NCBI GenBank assembly: GCA_965226465.1
Contig: OZ245362.1
Location: 411,566-475,565, forward strand
Source: Parvibaculaceae bacterium
Lineage (GTDB): Bacteria; Pseudomonadota; Alphaproteobacteria; RS24; CBDDDD01
Reading direction: 5' to 3'
DNA: 64,000 bases
In this document: in pieces, positions 19,705-28,100 of the stretch
Position numbering within the stretch: the first letter of the stretch is position 1
Layout: every line of letters starts with the position of its first letter
Translations under genes and position numbers: made by a program
Notes under the pieces: model-generated
Seen by the model: the letters and a program-made list of their open reading frames with translations, nothing else
Told to the model about the DNA's origin: nothing
The model's database searches: none

Positions 19705-22700
19705 ATGTATAGACTGGTCTTATTTGTGGCTTTATTTTCCGGTTTTGCGTTAAGTGATGCCTCCGCCCAGATTGTCAATGGGGATGATAGCGATAATATA
19801 TATACAAACTCAATAACCGCACCTGTCGCAGTAAGCAGAAGCTATGGCGGGGGGGATGATATGCTTACCAATTCAGGAACCGTTAATATATTCATTGCCG
19901 GTAGCCTTGACTTTGGCACAGGTGATGATGTTCTCGTCAATGAGGCGGGCGGTATAGTCGCCATATTTGGCTCCTTGCTTTTCGGGGCGGGGGATAATCG
20001 CATTACCAATTCAGGCATCCTCAATGTGTGGAATAATGCTCGTGTCAGTTTCGGGGCGGGGACAGACCGTATCATTAATGAAGCGGGCGCAAACCTCAAT
20101 ATAGGAAACGGAAATAATAGCAATAAAACAGGACATGCGGTGCTCAGTCTTGGGGCGGGTGATGATAGCCTTAGCAGTAGCGGGGCGGTCAGAATTGGCT
20201 TTGTGGATACATCAAATAGCATTGATGTTACCGCCAATCTTGATTTTGGAGAGGGCGATGACAGCTTTACAAGCTCGGATAGCGTTATTATCAATCCGGG
20301 AAGTCAGGTGAGCTTCGGTGCTGGCGATGACAGCCTTGTCAATACAGGCACCGGCACGCTCACGATGAGAAGCAATGCGGCAATCAGCTTCGGAGCAGGC
20401 AATGATGCCATTACCAATGCCGGCATTGTCAATATAGAGGGTACGAATAACTCCAATTTGGGGCGCATAAGCTTTGGCGAGGGCGATGATATATTTACCA
20501 ATGAAGCAGGCGCAGTGCTCAATGTGAAGGGTAGCGCCGAGCTGCTTCTTGGCGCTGGCAATGACAGGGTTATCAATGCAGGGGCGATTACCATAACAGG
20601 ATTTGGCGAGATAGATCTGGGCAGCGGTGATGATATATTTGAAAACCGACAAGGGGCAAGCCTCACCATAAGCCAACGATTTGAAAGGCTCGTCTTTGGA
20701 AAAGCAGGGGCGGATGGCTATGACAGGCTTATTAATGATGGTGCTATTATTTTTACAAAAGCCTCCACCCAAAGCCAATTTCTGGATGTGTTTGAACAGG
20801 GGGCTAGTGGTAGCCTTTCTCTGGTCACCGGCTTTGCAACAGCGACTACGGCAGGCATTCTTTTTGCCAATCTGGAAAGCTTATTGCTTGATGGTGTTAT
20901 CAATCTTGGTTTTACAGGAACAGCGCCCGCTACTATCCCCGCAGAATATAGAGTGATTGCCTTCCACCCAGAGGCGGCGGTTCATATTGCGAGCGGCTTT
21001 AGGCTCGTTATTTCTGAGACAAATCTCAGCACTTTGGGAATTGCGAATTTGGAAGTTATTCCCACCATTAGCCCAAGCAGGCAGTTTATCCTATTGCGCG
21101 AGGACCCAAGCATATTGCCCGCGCGCGTTTATGATGTGGCAACAAAGCCAAGTCTTGATTGCTCCACGGTGCTTGTCTGTAAGGGTAGCAATGCCCTTAG
21201 CAGTATTGATAGCGCAACGATTACGCTTAGCGCCAATGGGTTTGCGGTTGAGGGCGGGATCGTTTATTATGCCAAGCCAACTGGTTTTTTGCTTTCTTCG
21301 TCATTGCAGAACATAACTGCTAAAATTCAGATTGAGGGCGTGGTTTATGTCGGTGATGTAAGCCTGGATGATAATAATAAGCCGGCTCTTGGTAGCGGGA
21401 CTAATCATGGTTTTGCTGAGCTTAGTGGTGATGGCAGCAGTTTTGAAATTCTCAACTATGGCTCCATTATTGCTTCTGGTAATTTTGGTGCTATCTCATT
21501 TGCTGCTGTGGATAGTGTAAAAATATATAATGAGGGTTCTATTAGCACCGCCCATACGGCGATTAAGTTTTCAAATGAAAATACGGGGACTTTAGAGATT
21601 ACCAATAAGGGCAGTATTCGTGCTGGCGGTGAGGCTATTTATGTAGATGGCGGAGTGGTGACCATAGATAATGAGGGAAGTATTTATAGCTCTATTCTTA
21701 GCGACCGCTATACTCAGTCTCCCAGTGCTATTAATGCGACTATTTCTGTGGATAGCAATCTTCAACGCAGCGGGGCGCTGGTTATTATTAACCGCAAAAA
21801 TGGGGAGATTATTTATACGGTAGGCGATAGCTATAGCGGCACGGAGTATGCGGGGGCGGCGGTTTTTGTCAATGGGCGTAGCAATGCAAGGATTTATAAT
21901 GAGGGTCTTATTGTCGGCGGTGTGAAGCAGAGCGTTCCCTCCATCCTGCTTACTGCTCATGGCATTATCTGGAAGGAGAGCACCGGTAGTATCAGTAATA
22001 GAGGCGGGATTTACAGCAAGGATGAAACCATAAAAATTGAAGACCTTTCCGATATTACTCTTTATAACAAGGGAATTATTAACTCCGCCAATAAGGCGGC
22101 AATTGAGATAAGCTCGGCGGTAAGCAATAGGAAGAGTACTGTTACCATTACCAATTATGGCAATGGCGTGATTAGCGGAAATAGCTATGGGATTAATGCC
22201 CTTGCTTATAGCGGCATTTATATTACCAATCTGGGAGAGATACGGGCTGCTATTAATGGGGGCGTGGCGCTCTCCTTTAGACAAGCTGCCGGACCTGCTG
22301 GTATGAAAGGGGCGGCTCTTATTGACACTAAAACGTTGGTCTATAATTTGGGGGATATTATCGGTGCCACAGGCATTTATCTTGCCGGTGCCGGTGTCGT
22401 CTATAATAATGGCGCAGATAGCCTCATTTATGGTGCCGATAAAGCCGTTCATATCACACATGGAAGACCACGTTATGACAATGGGGTGCAACGAAGTAAG
22501 ATTACGATTTTTAACGCCGCAGGGGCGAAAATTAACAGTCCCGCCTATGGCATTTATGTTGATGCGGCGCAGAATACCGACTTCACCCTCAATAATAGGG
22601 GCGATGTTTCTGGAGATGGAGCCTCAGGCTATGGGCTTTATGTTGATATTGATGAGACAAAGTTTGGCGCTAGTTTTAAGGGTGCTAAGCTGACCATTAC

Positions 22701-24996
22701 TAATCATGCAAGGGGCGGCATTTATGGTAGGAGTGCGGGCATACGCATTGTCAATATTCTGGATAATGCCGCTGGCACGGTGCAGACTGTTGATGAAAAA
22801 ATTACCATTCAAAATGCGGGCGGCATATTGGGGAGGGATATCGGTATTTTAATTGATGAGCCGATTAGTTTTCTGGATATTACCAATGAGGCAAGCGGGG
22901 TCATTGTCGGCGAGAATATCGCTATTCAGGTGCTGAGCGAAAACTCGGGCGGCTCCGATATGGCGAATTATTTGATTACCAATAAGGGGCATATTCTTTC
23001 CGATACTATGGCGTTGCACAATCCTGGGCAGGGGCATTTGCAAAATACAGGCTTTATCCTTGGCGATATTGTCATTGTAAAAGCAGGCAGTGTGGTCAAT
23101 GAGGCTAGTGCTGACAATATTCTCAAAAAGGATTTATTCGGCAGGATAGCAGGGCAGCTTTATTCTTATAAAACCGCTATTGATGTCGCTTCGGGCGTGA
23201 TTATCGGCAATATTTATTTCTATGATGTTAGCGGTGATGATAAGGGGACAGCCATTGCACATAAATTTGTCAATTCCGGCACCGTCTATGGCAATATTGA
23301 TTTGGCTAAGGGAGATGATATTTATGAGCATAGGGGCAATGGTAGCGTGGAGGGGATTATTACTCCGGGCGATGGTGCTGATACGATAAGCGTTGCAAGC
23401 GGCGTGATGGCGCTTAATCTTTTCAATAAGAGGAATGTGGATGGCGACAAGGTCATATTTGACAGCGCCGATAAAATTGAAGTTGCCGCCAATGCCGCAT
23501 TGATTATGAATATCGCCAAAGCGGGCGAGGTTGTTAGCACTATTGCTTCCATGAGGGGAGCGGCGGAATCCAGCGTTTATATTGGCAATATTTCTCTGGC
23601 GGAGATTTTCAACTTCACTAAGCCCATATTGGATCTGGGTAGTACGAATATTGATATTCAAGGCTCGCTTGGGGTGCAGTTCCGTCTTGATAGGGATAGT
23701 TTATTATTCTTGCCAGTGGCGCAACCGCAAAGGGTGGAGCTTCTTACGACGAGCGGAAGCTTTAGCATTGCCGATAGCATGAAGAAGCCGATTATTATGG
23801 ATATTAGCTTTGCATTGGATAGCACCAATAAGAAGATTTACATGACCTATAATGGGCTGGACTTTACCAATGCGGGTGAGCTTCCCAATGCGCCTGAGGG
23901 GGCGCACAAATTTGCTGAATATTTGCAACGCCTATTAGAGGCTGAGGAGATAGTCGGCTTGCCTGCGGGGTATAGCCTTCTTAGCTCTCTTATTACCATA
24001 GATACTCTGAGCGACTATATTGCCAAGCTGGAGGAGGCATTGGGGGTGGTGAATTATGATGCGCTCCTCAGCGATTTAAGCGAGATTAGCGGCGTCAGCG
24101 GTTTTGTGGATGATTTTACTTCTGCCAATTGTGCCGTGCGCGATAGAAGCCATCAAAGCCTTGTGGTGCGCCATGAGGAGAGCGGCTGTAGCTGGACTTC
24201 CTTTACGGAGCAGTCCATTGGCGGTAGAGATGAGCAGGCTATTACAAGCGGGAGACAAGCCCCGCTTGGTGAGCATTGGGTCAGCATGGTTGCGGGGCAA
24301 TATAAGAAAGTGGAGCTTGTGGATAGGGTGGAGGGTCATGCCCGTGATAGCGAGACTTATCTGCTTGGTGCAGGGCTTCGCTCGCGTGCGCCCATTGCCA
24401 ATGTCGCTGAGGTTTCTGTTAGCTTGACTATGGGGCGGGGGGAGCATCGGCGTAATAGGGAATGGGCGAGTGTGCAACAGGCTTCTATTCCTGAGATGAA
24501 CTTCCAAATGGTGCGTATTGGGGCAAGCCGTAGCTTTGCATTGCCGCTCAAGGGAAGCTGGAAGATTACTCCGTCTACGGACGTTAATCTGGTGCGGGTT
24601 GATATTAGCGATTTACAGCATGAGGGTAGCACAGGGGATAGGGTTTTTGCGGTAGATGATATGGAGCATAACCGCCAAAGTGTGCGAGCCGGTATTGAGC
24701 TTCGTGGGGAGCATGAAAGCGAGAGAGGTGCGAGTATTACGGCTTTTGCGAGAATTGGTGTTGAGCATTATGTCAATGGTCGCTCGGCGGGGTATAGCAT
24801 TCGCCTTGTGGGGGCAAGTCAGGGCTTTACCTATTATGGACGGGCGATTGATGAGAATGTGCTTACCACTTCCTTTGGCATTACCAGCAAGCGTGGCAGA
24901 GCAATCAGTATACGTGCCTTTTATGAAGGGAAGCAGGGGATTGGCGGTATTTATGAGAATCATGAAGCCAAGCTGGAACTGCTAAGACGCTTTTAG
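19705..24996 (+). CDS. Autotransporter-like protein AT5 (1763 aa)
   Basis: SD GGAGGG in a 24-nt spacer after AT4, signal peptide ending ASA/Q, ~12 repeats, DCSTVLVCKG hinge, beta domain ending LLRRF. Confidence 0.88.
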   Translation: MYRLVLFVALFSGFALSDASAQIVNGDDSDNIYTNSITAPVAVSRSYGGGDDMLTNSGTVNIFIAGSLDFGTGDDVLVNEAGGIVAIFGSLLFGAGDNRITNSGILNVWNNARVSFGAGTDRIINEAGANLNIGNGNNSNKTGHAVLSLGAGDDSLSSSGAVRIGFVDTSNSIDVTANLDFGEGDDSFTSSDSVIINPGSQVSFGAGDDSLVNTGTGTLTMRSNAAISFGAGNDAITNAGIVNIEGTNNSNLGRISFGEGDDIFTNEAGAVLNVKGSAELLLGAGNDRVINAGAITITGFGEIDLGSGDDIFENRQGASLTISQRFERLVFGKAGADGYDRLINDGAIIFTKASTQSQFLDVFEQGASGSLSLVTGFATATTAGILFANLESLLLDGVINLGFTGTAPATIPAEYRVIAFHPEAAVHIASGFRLVISETNLSTLGIANLEVIPTISPSRQFILLREDPSILPARVYDVATKPSLDCSTVLVCKGSNALSSIDSATITLSANGFAVEGGIVYYAKPTGFLLSSSLQNITAKIQIEGVVYVGDVSLDDNNKPALGSGTNHGFAELSGDGSSFEILNYGSIIASGNFGAISFAAVDSVKIYNEGSISTAHTAIKFSNENTGTLEITNKGSIRAGGEAIYVDGGVVTIDNEGSIYSSILSDRYTQSPSAINATISVDSNLQRSGALVIINRKNGEIIYTVGDSYSGTEYAGAAVFVNGRSNARIYNEGLIVGGVKQSVPSILLTAHGIIWKESTGSISNRGGIYSKDETIKIEDLSDITLYNKGIINSANKAAIEISSAVSNRKSTVTITNYGNGVISGNSYGINALAYSGIYITNLGEIRAAINGGVALSFRQAAGPAGMKGAALIDTKTLVYNLGDIIGATGIYLAGAGVVYNNGADSLIYGADKAVHITHGRPRYDNGVQRSKITIFNAAGAKINSPAYGIYVDAAQNTDFTLNNRGDVSGDGASGYGLYVDIDETKFGASFKGAKLTITNHARGGIYGRSAGIRIVNILDNAAGTVQTVDEKITIQNAGGILGRDIGILIDEPISFLDITNEASGVIVGENIAIQVLSENSGGSDMANYLITNKGHILSDTMALHNPGQGHLQNTGFILGDIVIVKAGSVVNEASADNILKKDLFGRIAGQLYSYKTAIDVASGVIIGNIYFYDVSGDDKGTAIAHKFVNSGTVYGNIDLAKGDDIYEHRGNGSVEGIITPGDGADTISVASGVMALNLFNKRNVDGDKVIFDSADKIEVAANAALIMNIAKAGEVVSTIASMRGAAESSVYIGNISLAEIFNFTKPILDLGSTNIDIQGSLGVQFRLDRDSLLFLPVAQPQRVELLTTSGSFSIADSMKKPIIMDISFALDSTNKKIYMTYNGLDFTNAGELPNAPEGAHKFAEYLQRLLEAEEIVGLPAGYSLLSSLITIDTLSDYIAKLEEALGVVNYDALLSDLSEISGVSGFVDDFTSANCAVRDRSHQSLVVRHEESGCSWTSFTEQSIGGRDEQAITSGRQAPLGEHWVSMVAGQYKKVELVDRVEGHARDSETYLLGAGLRSRAPIANVAEVSVSLTMGRGEHRRNREWASVQQASIPEMNFQMVRIGASRSFALPLKGSWKITPSTDVNLVRVDISDLQHEGSTGDRVFAVDDMEHNRQSVRAGIELRGEHESERGASITAFARIGVEHYVNGRSAGYSIRLVGASQGFTYYGRAIDENVLTTSFGITSKRGRAISIRAFYEGKQGIGGIYENHEAKLELLRRF

Positions 24997-25081
24997 CCCT
25001 CAAATTGGTAGGATTTTGTTAACCTTTTCAAAACCAATAAAAAAAGTCATTTATATCAATGGGTTAAAAATATGTTTTTAT

Positions 25082-25110
25082 TTGACATTAAGCGGCTTTG
25101 TTTATAGTCT
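25082..25110 (+). promoter_or_regulatory. Sigma70-type promoter for AT6
   Basis: TTGACA (25082-25087), 17 nt, TAGTCT (25105-25110); homologous to the AT2 promoter. Confidence 0.7.
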
Positions 25111-25153
25111 AAAATCATCTAATTTTTAAAACTACCTTCGGGAGGGGGAAATC

Positions 25154-28100
25154 ATGTATAAATTAATAGCCATAGCAGGACTATTCGCAAGCCTTTTATT
25201 TACAACGGGCGAAGCACAGGCACAGACTTATGAGAGTTGTACTCCTGTTGATTTCCAGACCTATACTGATTTTGCTTCCGAGGTCTGTAGCACAGTGACT
25301 CCTAGTTTAAGCGGTACTGCTAATAGTATAAGTTCCAGTAATAGCATTAAGCTTACCAGCTCTCTTGATTTTCTTGGTGGCGATGACGTGATTGAGCTTA
25401 CCGCTAACTCAGATAGCTATCAATCACATATTAGCATAGGCGATGGTGTGATAGTTAGTTTTGGCGCCGGCAATGATAAGCTTGATGTGATTTATGCTAA
25501 AACCAATCTAGAGGTGAATGCAGGGGGGCTGATTGATTTTGGTGCGGATGATGATGAGTTGATCTTTAAGGGTGCTCTGGCAGATATATACGGTACAATA
25601 AACTTTGGCACCGGAAATGATGTGCTTGAAAACTTCCACATATTTACTGTTGAGACAACTGGTAGGGTAGACTTTGGGGCAGGGGATGACACATTTTATG
25701 TTTATCACCATTCTATTAAACCACTTGAAAGCTTTATTATAGAGGGTGTTGTAGACCTTGGTGCGGATAATGACCGACTTTATAATGAAGGTGCTATTGT
25801 TCTATCAGGAGCAGGAGCTGCTAAACTGCTATTTGGTGCAGGCAATGATGTTTTGCATAATGGCTTTGATGTTAATGGCAAGGGTGATGCCAATAGCGTT
25901 ACTGCTTTGATACATCTTGAACCCGGAGCTGTTGCAGACGCGCCACCTGTTATGGATTTTGGTGCCGGCGATGACATTATTAATAATGGTTTTCTTAGCT
26001 CTACCGTAAGTGCAGATGGTACAATAACGATTGGTGATACCGGACATGCTTTCCTCTTGCTTGGTGCAGGGAATGACATTATTAATAATGGGTTTTACCG
26101 TGCCGCCCAAGGTGCCGACCTTGAAGCTTTCGGCAAGGGTATTATTAACATACATGATGTGCTTGACCTTGGTGCTGGCGATGATGTGCTCAATAATGAA
26201 AAGGGCAGTGAGATTCATTTTAAATCGTTTTTTCACCTCACAGTTTCCCCTGCACCTAGTCTTCTTTTTGGAGCGGGTGATGATGTTCTCAATAATAGAG
26301 GCACAATCACATTTCAACAACACGGTTCTCTTATAGATTTTGGGACAGGTAATGACAGGCTTATCAATGCTGAAAGCGGTGTCATTTCTATTACAGAGTT
26401 TGGATTTGATGCCGCCAATAATATTATTCCTTATGATGCTGGAACATTTAGCATTATTAATGGTGTTGTTGAAAATGCGGGTGTAATTTCTCTGATTGTA
26501 GGCTCAACATTGGTTATGGATACATATATAGAGACAGGAACAGGGAATATTAAAATAAAGCCTGACTTTAGCGGTGCTGGTTTTGTTAATCTTGATATTA
26601 AGGAAACCCCCGCCCGTATTACGTTGGATATAGATATAGGCAGTAGCACAATAGCTGCTGGAACAACCAGCTTTACTCTGTTTGCTCTATCCAAATATGA
26701 GATTATGAAAAATGTTAGGCTCAATGCCGCGGGTGCCACTGCGTTAAGGCTTACCAATCCGCAAATTGTTTCGCTTATGGTGAAGCAGTCTGATAACACA
26801 TTCTCGCACCAGCTGGTTGCGCAGGAAAACCCTCTTGCTCTGCCTACAATTGGCTATGATATAGCGACAAAGGCAAGCCTTGACTGCTCCACTGCTCTTG
26901 TCTGTAAGGGTATTAATACTGCCATTAGCAGTACGGTTTTTGATAGCACAACGCTTACGCTTACTGCCGATGGATTTGCCGTTGATGGCGGGCATGCTTA
27001 TTTTGCTAAAACCGCCCCTTTGCTCACGCTTACAACGGCGGTAGATACTAAGGTTCAAATTCATGGGCTGGTTTATGTCGGTAATGTAAGTGCGACAGCA
27101 GTAACAACAAATGCGGGAGAGGCGAATGAAGCAACTACCTATCCTCTGACTTTAGGTGCTGAGACTACCTATGCCTTTGCTGAAATTAGCGGTGGGGGCA
27201 ATTTTGAGCTTACCAATTATGGTGCCATTATCGGCTCCGGTGATGCGCTTATTTCTCTGACTGATTTGGCAAGCGGAAAGATTTATAATGAGGGCAGTAT
27301 TAGTGCCGCTAAAGCCGCCATTAAAATTACTGACGCTACCGGTGCTGAAGTCTATCAGATTACCAATAAGGGCAGTATTGGCTCCGATGGCGAGGCTATT
27401 ATTGCAGAAGGCGGCGTGATTACCATAGATAATTCAGGCGGCATTGGAAGCTCCATTGAACTGGTGGCAAATGCCCAAGGTGGTGATGGTAAACATGCTA
27501 CTATTCATATAGGGGATAATGCCACGGCAAATGCTAATGCGGTTACCATTATTAACCGTAAAGGTGGCAGGATTGGATATAGAATAGGCTCTCTTGATGG
27601 TAGCACTCCTCCCGATAGCACTCCGATTTATGTAGCCAGTCTTTCCGCTTTGAAAATTTATAATGCAGGGGATATTATTATCTCCAAATCTTCAGATGCC
27701 GCCAGCAATACAGCAGGGTATGCTATTTTCTGGAATGGCAATACTGGTAGCATTTTCAATACTGGCAGAATTATCGGTATAGAATCCGCCATACATATTA
27801 CAGGGTCAACAGCAAGTGCTACATCTGATATTACTATCCATAATAATGGTCTTATCAAATCCAGTGAGGACACGATTAATATAGATAATGCGGCTCATAA
27901 GGTCAGCATTTTCAATTATGAGGATGGTACGATAAGCGGTGGTGGTGCAGGTGAGACTATTCGTGTGCAGAGTCATGCCGAGTTCTATCTTACCAATCAC
28001 GGGCTTATAACTGGTGGTGGAGCTTCAACAATACTCCTGAATACGAACAGAAATACCAGTAATGCGGTTGCTGCCCATAATAGCGTTATCTATAATACAG

